From positions 1 through 10,922 of the forward strand of contig WAKA01000057.1 of assembly GCA_015523565.1 (NCBI GenBank): 10,922 nucleotides of DNA, given 5' to 3'. A model generated the notes under the pieces. That model saw nothing but the letters and a program-made list of their open reading frames with translations. It ran no database searches and was not told the DNA's origin. Position 1 is the stretch's first letter, and the number at the start of each line of letters is the position of its first letter. The translations under genes and the position numbers were made by a program. Positions 1 to 7,579 of the stretch are shown in pieces. The stretch comes from Candidatus Heimdallarchaeota archaeon. GTDB taxonomy: Archaea > Asgardarchaeota > Heimdallarchaeia > Heimdallarchaeales > Kariarchaeaceae.

Positions 1-140
1 AAGTTAGATTGATGAAAGACCAGAGATTCTCTTATTATTTTTTATTCAGGACATATTGTAAATAAAGAGTCAAAGAAATACGATAATCCATACCATTGAA
101 CAGTAGAATAATATACCCTCAAAATCAGGGGGATTAAAGG

Positions 141-890
141 ATGCAAATTCGATCTGTATTGAGTTGGATATGGAAAAAATCAAAAGAAGACATAATGGTA
201 GTTTCATTTACTTTATTGTTCATGACAACAATTTCCTATATTACCACAATGGTCTATGGATGGTTCGGGCTGTTGGTATCAATTCCGAATATCAGAGGGA
301 CGCCTTATGCTCAAAAGTGGATATATACGGCACCTGACAGTGATAATGACCAACTTCCAGATAGATTGGAACTAACCCCGAAGGGAGAAAAGGTTATTGT
401 CAATGGAAGACATGTTGGCTATGGAACTGGAACAGACCCTTTCGACCCAGATACGGACAACGACCTCTTTCCAGACAATGCAGAGATAAAAATTGGCTCA
501 GACCCCCATAATTGGCTGGATCCAGGTTGGATTTGGATATTGTGGATGTTATTTTTAGGTGCTGTTACATATAAACTGTTTATTCATAAGCCAGATAGAC
601 TGAAAGAATATAGGAGGAATGAAATGATGATTTCAAGGGGTGCATCAGGTAAAAAAGGAAAATTTGCGTATGGAAGGAAATCAGTCTTTGGAATATCTTC
701 AGATGATTTGACACAAGAGGAGAAAAAGAAAGTGTTGATGGAAGATGAAAGGGTTTTACAGTTGACAGGATTGTCTGAAGAAGATGATGAGGAATTTATG
801 AAAAGAAGGAGGAAAGAAAAGCTGAAGCAAAAATTTTTGAAAATTTCAATACTAGTGGTTGTTTTTTATCTGGTTTCGATTTTGATTTGA
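141..890 (+). CDS. Membrane protein with thrombospondin type 3-like (DxDxD, putative Ca2+-binding) repeats
   Basis: 249-aa ORF with a purine-rich GGGGGA upstream. It has an N-terminal hydrophobic segment, the motifs DSDNDQLPD and GTDPFDPDTDNDLFPDNAEIKIGSDP (prokaryotic TSP3-like consensus), a TM helix WIWILWMLFLGAVTYKLFI, a charged region and a C-terminal hydrophobic helix. Confidence 0.75.
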   Translation: MQIRSVLSWIWKKSKEDIMVVSFTLLFMTTISYITTMVYGWFGLLVSIPNIRGTPYAQKWIYTAPDSDNDQLPDRLELTPKGEKVIVNGRHVGYGTGTDPFDPDTDNDLFPDNAEIKIGSDPHNWLDPGWIWILWMLFLGAVTYKLFIHKPDRLKEYRRNEMMISRGASGKKGKFAYGRKSVFGISSDDLTQEEKKKVLMEDERVLQLTGLSEEDDEEFMKRRRKEKLKQKFLKISILVVVFYLVSILI

Positions 891-914
891 AAAAAGAAAA
901 GCCATTTTTTAGAA
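891..914. terminator. Putative bidirectional oligo-T terminator between convergent genes
   Basis: The 24-bp gap has an A-run (T-run on the - strand) at 891-900 and T6 at 905-910 on the + strand, typical of archaeal intrinsic terminators. Confidence 0.4.
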
Positions 915-1772
915 TTAGATCAAGAGGGATTTACAATTATAGACCAGTAAATTTCTACGATTTGGACCAGTTTTGGGCATTTTTGTCCAACAGAGATCCT
1001 TCAAGACTAAGTTAACAAGAGAAGGGTTGTCAAGAGTTACTGCTTGCATAATTGAAAAGCCGACAAGCCTTATTGTTTTCACATGTTTCAAATTGATCAG
1101 GTCGTCATTTGGGTTGTAGAATATCCCTTCTATATCAACAGAGTGTAAATTAGGGAAATAGTCACAAATTTTAAAGGGGAATGGAGTTTCCACTAATTTT
1201 AGAAATTTCAGCGTTGGAATTGCAGATAGGTTGGAAATACAGCTTTTCCTTAATTCAAGAGCTTGAAGCTTTGACGATACATTGAACTGTACATGGCAAT
1301 TAAGTGCAGAAAGACGTTGAATTGAGGGAAAAAAGGAAAGATTCAAAATATTTTCATTGCATCCCTCTGTTGAAATAGCGAGTAACATATTTTTCAAACT
1401 AGGGAATGATCCAATGATTTTGATAGAAGGAGCGTTGATTTGCAAAGTTTCAAGGGATTTATGGGAGTTTAATGTCAAGGGATAGTTCGTAATAATAGTT
1501 GCAATTTTGAGTTTTTCGAAATTGAAAAGGATATCAGGGAAAGGGATTTTGGAGAGGGTATATTCAAATGCAACAATTCTATTTTTCTCTCCAAACATCA
1601 AATGAAAAGTATCTTTGTTGTCAACAATTGTTTCAAATATGATCTTTTTTGGTTTAATTTCAAATTTCAAAACTGGACGTAAATTGAAACCATTTATTCG
1701 CATCCAGACGGCTACATCTTCGATAACCTCAAAGTCACTTGGATGAACAATATGTTGAAGAGGTTCAAGCAT
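915..1772 (-). CDS. Degenerate leucine-rich repeat protein
   Basis: 285 aa with recurring LxxLxL units: LETLQIN, FPSLKNMLL, FPSIQRLSALNC, LQALELRKSCI, IPTLKFLKL, FPNLHSVDI, PSLVNLVL. Confidence 0.65.
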   Translation of the reverse strand: MLEPLQHIVHPSDFEVIEDVAVWMRINGFNLRPVLKFEIKPKKIIFETIVDNKDTFHLMFGEKNRIVAFEYTLSKIPFPDILFNFEKLKIATIITNYPLTLNSHKSLETLQINAPSIKIIGSFPSLKNMLLAISTEGCNENILNLSFFPSIQRLSALNCHVQFNVSSKLQALELRKSCISNLSAIPTLKFLKLVETPFPFKICDYFPNLHSVDIEGIFYNPNDDLINLKHVKTIRLVGFSIMQAVTLDNPSLVNLVLKDLCWTKMPKTGPNRRNLLVYNCKSLLI

Positions 1773-1890
1773 AATTTATTTACAATATGGTTTTTAGATG
1801 ATAAAAACCTTGGTTAATAAAAACAAGATTTTTACAGTATTTTAAAAATAAATGGTTTCAAACAGAAAAATGGAAGGTGAATGATTAAGT

Positions 1891-3840
1891 TCAATATTTA
1901 TCTCGGATAATAGGCTGGGAAGCTGCAGATGATGGAGAAATAGCTTGTGAAAATGTTTTTGATGCTGAGCCCGCATTATGATCCATGTTCATCCAACTTG
2001 CAGAAATGGACCAATCATATACAGTACTTAAGCTTACTGAACTGTCAAGTTCCATCCATCTATAGCGGTGGGAGCTCTTAACAGGGAAGGTGATGGTGAC
2101 ATTGTCCCCTTCAAACAGATAAAGAAGACTTCGTTTACCGTTCTTAGATCCCTTGTGGTAATCGGATTTGAGGGAGAAGCTTATGACGTTCCCATCAACT
2201 TTAAGTTTTTCAGTAGTCACATAAGTCCGTGTCATGGCAGAAGATTCCACTTGAATTCGAACCTTTGATTTCTTTTCAAGTGAGAAGGAAATGCCAGAAG
2301 GCACAGTGAACTCAAAAGTGACAGCATTGTCAATTAGATTGATATCACCGTCCTTGACAGTGAAAGTAATGGTTGGTCTTACCTTGTGGTCGTGTCTTCT
2401 GTCTTTTTTAAACGACAATTCTTGGAATGAAAGGTTTCCATCTTCTTTTAATCGGTGTTCCTGCTTGAGAGCCATGAAAATCATGTTTCTTGGCAAAGCC
2501 AAATGGAATATGGCACGACTGTCATCGTCTGCCTCATGTGGATCAATTGGTGATGAAACAACTCTAGAAGAACCATCCTTATATGCCAACACAGTGACAT
2601 TGTACCTATTGTGATCATGTTTTACATTGGCATATGCCAAGGCAGTGGCAGAGGAAACATTCACTAGATCCTCTTCTCTAATCTCATCAAATTTTGGATG
2701 GTGGCTTTCATCTTCGTCGTCATCTTCATTTCCAGCATAGTTGAGATTTAGACCAGCAAACACATCATAGGAATTGTCTTGGCTAAATGAAGAAACATCG
2801 GCATCGTCACCGATACTAGAAACTTGGGACAATCCAACAATCTCGGATGTCAAGGTAAAGTTAATGTCACTACTTCTGAATTTGTGAATGGAACCATAAA
2901 ACACCATAGGAACTCCATTATCATAAAGGGTGGATGCGACATCTGAAGCAATGCCATTGGGAATTGCCCACATGGCAAAAATCACAAGATCATAGTCTTC
3001 AGCAAGTTTTGTTGCATTAATGTTTTTCTTAAGTGAGTATTTGTCATCTCTCTTGTTGAACTGAAATTCAATGTTTTTGGTAGATCCAGATGCAGAGAAG
3101 AAGGAACTTTGTAAAAGTCTCTCCAATGTCCGCTCACTGTGGCGGGTTCTTCCAGGATAATAGAGAAGTGCAACCTTTGCAGTCATTGGTGCAAATGGGT
3201 CAGGTAAATTGATTTCGTTGGTTGCAACAGAAAGAGTTGTGACGCCAGGTTGATCACCAACATTGACAGTTACAGTGACCAAATTGGCAGCATCTTGTGG
3301 AATTTGGTTAACAGGATTTCCAGATGTTTCAGTAATGGTAAAAGTGGCGGTCTGTCCAGGTGGAATTGCATAACCCCCAAAGGTATCGCCATTCTGATAT
3401 GGATTACCGTTTGAATTGACCATGGTTGCACCAGAAGCACTTGTAATCGTCCATTGGGCATCGGAAGATGTGGAACTTGTACCATAAGCAACCTTTGCGC
3501 CATTTACATAAACAGTGCTATTCCCATTGTTGGTTACAGTCACCTGTACACTGCTAATGGATCCAGTTTGACTATTGCTTGTCATTCCCACAATTTCGCT
3601 GGAAATTGGAGAAGAAGCGCTAGATCCACTTATCAATTGTGACTGCCCAAATCCAGTTTGGCTTGGTGTTTGTTGATTGACAATTTCCTCTGTATTTCGG
3701 GTAAGCGATTGAGGATTGTTTGTAGCATAATTGTAAACAACAGCAGTTGCAGTTGCACCAGCTACAGCCAATCCCGCCAATAAAATAATGGCAAGAGCAG
3801 GAGATATGGAACGCCTATTATTCACTAAAATAGGAATCAT
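1891..3840 (-). CDS. Large type IV pilin/archaellin-like surface protein with class III signal peptide
   Basis: The N-terminus NNRRS/ISPALAIILLAGLAVAGATATAVVY matches the archaeal prepilin (PibD/FlaK) pattern of basic residues, G/A/S, then an ISP-hydrophobic helix. This is followed by an S/T/N-rich beta domain (VTVTNNG...IPPGQTATFTI), an alpha/beta region and a C-terminal beta-rich region. Seven N-x-S/T sequons counted. Confidence 0.75.
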   Translation of the reverse strand: MIPILVNNRRSISPALAIILLAGLAVAGATATAVVYNYATNNPQSLTRNTEEIVNQQTPSQTGFGQSQLISGSSASSPISSEIVGMTSNSQTGSISSVQVTVTNNGNSTVYVNGAKVAYGTSSTSSDAQWTITSASGATMVNSNGNPYQNGDTFGGYAIPPGQTATFTITETSGNPVNQIPQDAANLVTVTVNVGDQPGVTTLSVATNEINLPDPFAPMTAKVALLYYPGRTRHSERTLERLLQSSFFSASGSTKNIEFQFNKRDDKYSLKKNINATKLAEDYDLVIFAMWAIPNGIASDVASTLYDNGVPMVFYGSIHKFRSSDINFTLTSEIVGLSQVSSIGDDADVSSFSQDNSYDVFAGLNLNYAGNEDDDEDESHHPKFDEIREEDLVNVSSATALAYANVKHDHNRYNVTVLAYKDGSSRVVSSPIDPHEADDDSRAIFHLALPRNMIFMALKQEHRLKEDGNLSFQELSFKKDRRHDHKVRPTITFTVKDGDINLIDNAVTFEFTVPSGISFSLEKKSKVRIQVESSAMTRTYVTTEKLKVDGNVISFSLKSDYHKGSKNGKRSLLYLFEGDNVTITFPVKSSHRYRWMELDSSVSLSTVYDWSISASWMNMDHNAGSASKTFSQAISPSSAASQPIIRDKY

Positions 3841-3861
3841 TATCTATATTATATACCTCTT

Positions 3862-3871
3862 TATTTATAAG
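3862..3871 (-). promoter_or_regulatory. TATA box of the pilin-like gene (probably a leaderless transcript)
   Basis: CTTATAAATA on the - strand, centred about 26 bp upstream of the ATG at 3840. Confidence 0.5.
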
Positions 3872-4002
3872 GGTTATAGTATAATGGCAGGATAATTTTA
3901 TTCCTACCAGAAATGAGTAGCATATTAGTAAAGAACAATTAATTATCAGCAATACCCCTATGTTGCGAAAAAGAAATTAAGGAAAATATAGGACATACAT
4001 TA

Positions 4003-4662
4003 ATGACAAAATATTGCAATGTTTGTGGCACTGCAAATGACGATGAAGGAAAATTCTGTGTCAGTTGCGGTTCCAAATTGGAAAGCTCAATTGAAAATGC
4101 AGTTAATCCTGCAATGCCAAGCTCTGCACAATCGCCCTCTGGAGGAGATTACCAAATTCAACAACAACCACAGTATCCAGCTCCTGCATCAGTTTCCCAA
4201 CCCGCATACCCTCCACAAGGGCAATATCCTCAGGGACAATATCCACCCCCATCACAAATCCCAGCATCAGGAGCAACTCCACAAGGTCAATACCCTACAC
4301 AGGCACAGTATCCTCAAGGGCAATATCCACCAGCCCAATATCCAGGGCAATATCCACCAGCCCAATACCCTGCCCAAGGTCAATATCCTGCACCAGTTGC
4401 AACCGCAGGACCAGTAAGTGGGGAGAAGTCTGAATTTGTTGCTTTCATCCTATCGTTTTTCCTTCCTGGATTTGGGCATATATATGCTGGAAAGACAGGA
4501 ACAGGCATATTGCTCTTCATTATATTCTGGATTACAATATTCACCATCATTATTCCATTCTTCATCTGGATTCTTGGAATGATTGATTCAGTAAGCAAGG
4601 TAAAATCATATAATCGTTTCTTAAGAATGTATGGTAGACCTCCCAACAATTATGAGTATTAA
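4003..4662 (+). CDS. Zinc-ribbon + QYP-repeat + TM2-domain membrane protein
   Basis: CNVCG-x8-FCVSCG zinc ribbon, 11 YP repeats (mostly QYP), then the TM2-type signature EKSEFVAFILSFFLPGFGHIYAGKTGTGILLF followed by further hydrophobic helices. Confidence 0.85.
   Translation: MTKYCNVCGTANDDEGKFCVSCGSKLESSIENAVNPAMPSSAQSPSGGDYQIQQQPQYPAPASVSQPAYPPQGQYPQGQYPPPSQIPASGATPQGQYPTQAQYPQGQYPPAQYPGQYPPAQYPAQGQYPAPVATAGPVSGEKSEFVAFILSFFLPGFGHIYAGKTGTGILLFIIFWITIFTIIIPFFIWILGMIDSVSKVKSYNRFLRMYGRPPNNYEY
4317..4370 (+). repeat. In-frame 27-bp tandem duplication within the QYP region
   Basis: AGGGCAATATCCACCAGCCCAATAYCC x2 (4317-4343, 4344-4370) with one mismatch; encodes GQYPPAQYP x2. Confidence 0.85.
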
Positions 4663-4665
4663 TGA

Positions 4666-5988
4666 TCAATCATCACTTGAAATCAAGGAGCAGATACAAT
4701 CCGACACAAAATCAAAAATGCAATATTGAACACAGCAATTATCCGTTGACAGGAACAAAAAGGTTCCTACAGCAGCTATAATTCCAGAAGCCAAAGCAAT
4801 TCCGATATTGGCTGTTATCAGATATGCAACAACTGCGACAAGGACACCAATAATCAGCATTGCCTTTAGTTTTTCATCAGTTCTAGCCATACGGTTAACA
4901 CCATATGGTGAGTATGTAGATGAACCATATCCACTCATTGGAGGATATTGCACAGATTGGTTTGGATATTGCCTCGCAGGATATTGCGATGGTTGGCCTT
5001 GGGGATACTGGCTTGTAGGATACTGCGATGGTTGACCTTGGGGATATTGGGTTGGAGAAGATTGCTGATTTTGTTGCATAGCAGGTTGTGAATATCCTTG
5101 AGACGGAGATTTTTTGTCTGTGGATTGGGAAGAGACAAGACTGGTTCCACATTTGTCACAGAATTGCTCATAAGGTTCCACTTTGTCGCCACAATTTGGG
5201 CAGTAGTTAAGATTCGACCCGATCAAAAATGCAGGGGCTGTTGCCATTACCATGCATGAATTTGGGGAGACTAATCTAACCAAGCCCAACATAAAAAGAA
5301 CAACAAGCAACAGGGTTCCTTTTCCAGTCAATTGCCCAGCATGATTGATAATACCACGTGAGAGCAACATATTGAACAAGCGGGACGACATGGAAACATG
5401 AGAACCAACAGTGACATAATGAGAAGATAACTCTCTCAATTTAATGAAAAGATAAGCATGAACCAAGATGAGAGAACTTGATACCACGGGGGAAGAGCCA
5501 AGACCGAGCAATGCATAAAAGAAGCCCACAATGAAAGAGATCCTGGAAAAAATCTTGAAACCACGATTTTGGAATTCATTTCTGAAAAATATCTTGTACA
5601 AATAAACCAAGTATTGCGGTAAAGCAAAAAGAGTTGCAAGAGAAAGTCTTTCCAATAATGGCATTGAGGTTGGAGAAAAGATTGCAAGGAAAATTGAATA
5701 AATAGTGTAAACATTTTTCATCAATTTTTGGCTCATGCCTAATGGGATTCCCCTGAAATACATCATTGCAGTTACAAAAGCAGAAGTGGACAGAAGGGCA
5801 AAGTACAAATATCCTTGCCAAGCATCCACTTCATTCAAAATTGTTGATGCAACAAGTAGGGGCAGAACAGCATGCAGAAATAGGTCTGATGATGTACATC
5901 CCAAGCAAAATGATTTGCCCTTAAATTGCCAAACATGGCAATTGAAGTTTGGATCACTAGCATTATGATGGGATAAACTGATATCCAT
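4666..5988 (-). CDS. Multi-pass membrane protein with N-terminal His/Cys motif, internal zinc ribbon, QYP repeats, TM hairpin and Cys-rich tail
   Basis: 440 aa. SHH...CH...FCLGC at the N-terminus (DUF2085-like by eye), about 7 hydrophobic helices, CPNCG-x8-FCDKCG, 6 QYP repeats, two TM helices and the tail DNCCVQYCIFDFVSDCICSLISSDD. Confidence 0.8.
   Translation of the reverse strand: MDISLSHHNASDPNFNCHVWQFKGKSFCLGCTSSDLFLHAVLPLLVASTILNEVDAWQGYLYFALLSTSAFVTAMMYFRGIPLGMSQKLMKNVYTIYSIFLAIFSPTSMPLLERLSLATLFALPQYLVYLYKIFFRNEFQNRGFKIFSRISFIVGFFYALLGLGSSPVVSSSLILVHAYLFIKLRELSSHYVTVGSHVSMSSRLFNMLLSRGIINHAGQLTGKGTLLLVVLFMLGLVRLVSPNSCMVMATAPAFLIGSNLNYCPNCGDKVEPYEQFCDKCGTSLVSSQSTDKKSPSQGYSQPAMQQNQQSSPTQYPQGQPSQYPTSQYPQGQPSQYPARQYPNQSVQYPPMSGYGSSTYSPYGVNRMARTDEKLKAMLIIGVLVAVVAYLITANIGIALASGIIAAVGTFLFLSTDNCCVQYCIFDFVSDCICSLISSDD
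4978..5050 (-). repeat. In-frame 39-bp-period duplication within the QYP region
   Basis: 4978-5011 and 5017-5050 are near-identical 34-mers encoding QYPQGQPSQYP x2. Confidence 0.8.
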
Positions 5989-6187
5989 AGTCTACCCTTG
6001 TCAAACCAATTAATCAATTTTTCTAGTTGGAAAAGAAGATGTTGCCAACAAATTGTTTTTTCCTTACACTTGAGAACATTGTTTGCTCAAATGAAGAGTT
6101 ATTGCGAGATAAGTGTTAAATAACGAAGTTCATTTAGAAACAATTCAATAAAATGGAAAATTCAATTTCTGAAATTTGCGTGTTAAA

Positions 6188-7324
6188 CTAAATGCATCTG
6201 TAAACTGCTTTTGGACCAGAGTCGTTGTATTCTTTGCGGCTAACCCACATCTTGTTGAAGGTCTTCAGGCTGGCAAGAATTGAGCCACCGATCCAGACAC
6301 TGTATCTCCTTTCAGGGGGGGCAACAATCTTGATTTCAACTGCTTCAGGAACCATGGCACTCAATTCCTTGTGCAAACGCTCTTTCAGACCTGGGAACAT
6401 GGTAGAACCACCAGACAACACAATGTTGCTGTAAAGGTGAGGTCGGATATCCACATCACATTCATTAATGGAGTTGTAGATAAGTTCAGGCATGGATTGT
6501 TCTTCAGATCCCATTGCAGATGGGTTGAAGAAGAGTTCAGGAGCCAAGAACCTTTCCTGTCCAATGGTGATTGTATCACCGTCAGGCATGACGTAGCTTT
6601 TTTCCATTCCAGAGACCTTATCAGCCAATGCCAATTCCTTCTGGGGGTCTAGGGCAACATAGCAGAGCCTTTCCTTGATGTCCCTCACGATTTCCTTCTC
6701 GGCACTGGAGGTCAAGGAATATCCTCTTTGTCTCAGCAATCTTCTCAGATAGTCAGTAATGTCTCTTCCACCAATGTCAATCCTGTTGATCGCATGTGTA
6801 ATGGCAAATCCCTCATAGACAGGGACAACGTGGGTCACACCATCACCAGAGTCGACAACGATACCAGTTGTACGACCAGAAGCATAAAGGGACAGAACTG
6901 CTTGCATGGAAATGTACAAGGCGGGAACATTGAAGGTTTCAAACATTAGCTCAGCCATCTTTTCCCTGTTGGACAATGCATTCAGGGGGGGTTCTGTCAA
7001 CAATACAGGATGTTCAGCAGGGTTTACACGCAGATCATTGAAAAACGTAAAGTTCCAGATCTTTTCCATTGCATCCCAGGATTCGATGGCTCCGTGCTCG
7101 ATAGGATATTCAAGTTTCAAGACACCACGAAGGTTGAGAGCCTCGTCGCCGATGTAGTAATCCCTTACATAGTGGTCGACGTCGGTCATGATAGATTGGT
7201 ATTTAGGATAGCCGACAAGGGTTGGGAAAACGGATCTAGGCTGATCTTCACCAGCAAAGCCGTTCTTTGAGAGTCCGGTACCATTGTCGATGACAAGGGG
7301 TCTTCCAGTCACTTCTTCACTCAT
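6188..7324 (-). CDS. act: Actin (Asgard conserved actin, Lokiactin type)
   Basis: 378 aa, colinear with eukaryotic actin: [110 protein letters not shown] and a penultimate Cys. The D-loop [21 protein letters not shown] resembles Asgard actins rather than eukaryotic ones. Confidence 0.97.
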   Translation of the reverse strand: MSEEVTGRPLVIDNGTGLSKNGFAGEDQPRSVFPTLVGYPKYQSIMTDVDHYVRDYYIGDEALNLRGVLKLEYPIEHGAIESWDAMEKIWNFTFFNDLRVNPAEHPVLLTEPPLNALSNREKMAELMFETFNVPALYISMQAVLSLYASGRTTGIVVDSGDGVTHVVPVYEGFAITHAINRIDIGGRDITDYLRRLLRQRGYSLTSSAEKEIVRDIKERLCYVALDPQKELALADKVSGMEKSYVMPDGDTITIGQERFLAPELFFNPSAMGSEEQSMPELIYNSINECDVDIRPHLYSNIVLSGGSTMFPGLKERLHKELSAMVPEAVEIKIVAPPERRYSVWIGGSILASLKTFNKMWVSRKEYNDSGPKAVYRCI

Positions 7325-7331
7325 TCTTAAT

Positions 7332-7338
7332 TCACCTC
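7332..7338 (-). promoter_or_regulatory. Shine-Dalgarno site of actin
   Basis: GAGGTGA on the - strand, 7 nt upstream of the ATG; the canonical archaeal SD. Confidence 0.8.
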
Positions 7339-7389
7339 AGCGATCGTCCTATGGTGGACGTCACTTCAAGATAGATGTATAATTAACTA

Positions 7390-7405
7390 GTATTTAACTT
7401 TTATG
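7390..7405 (-). promoter_or_regulatory. BRE/TATA promoter of actin
   Basis: The - strand reads CATAAAAG-TTAAATAC (purine-rich BRE then TATA at 7391-7397), predicting a transcription start near 7367. Confidence 0.55.
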
Positions 7406-7549
7406 CAAAAATATGCCAATCAATTTGCGCGTCTAGGTGTTTGAAAGTCACGTCTATACATATTTTTCATATTTTTACAATATTTATAGATGTTTTGTTG
7501 ATTAAATTTTTTCAGCTTCTAGATTGTTACGTGGGATTAATTTTGCAAT

Positions 7550-7579
7550 TGAACAAATGAAGTCACGCGCATTTGTTCA
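7550..7579. repeat. Perfect 10-bp inverted repeat with 10-nt spacer
   Basis: TGAACAAATG-AAGTCACGCG-CATTTGTTCA in the intergenic region upstream of actin. Confidence 0.75.

Noticed and set aside
52-1789. Transposon bounded by 15-bp terminal inverted repeats
   Set aside because: No transposase, no target-site duplication seen, and one repeat sits 2 bp from a start codon. Retained only as a possible regulatory motif.
4171-4395. Profilin-binding polyproline/WH2 motif or ESCRT late-domain motifs in the Pro-rich tract
   Set aside because: The longest Pro run is three, and I found no LKKT-type WH2, P(S/T)AP, PPxY or YPxL motif in the tract.
6188-7324. Eukaryotic contamination as the source of actin
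   Set aside because: No introns, an archaeal SD and TATA box, an Asgard-type D-loop, and flanking archaeal-type genes (class III signal peptide protein, DUF1028).
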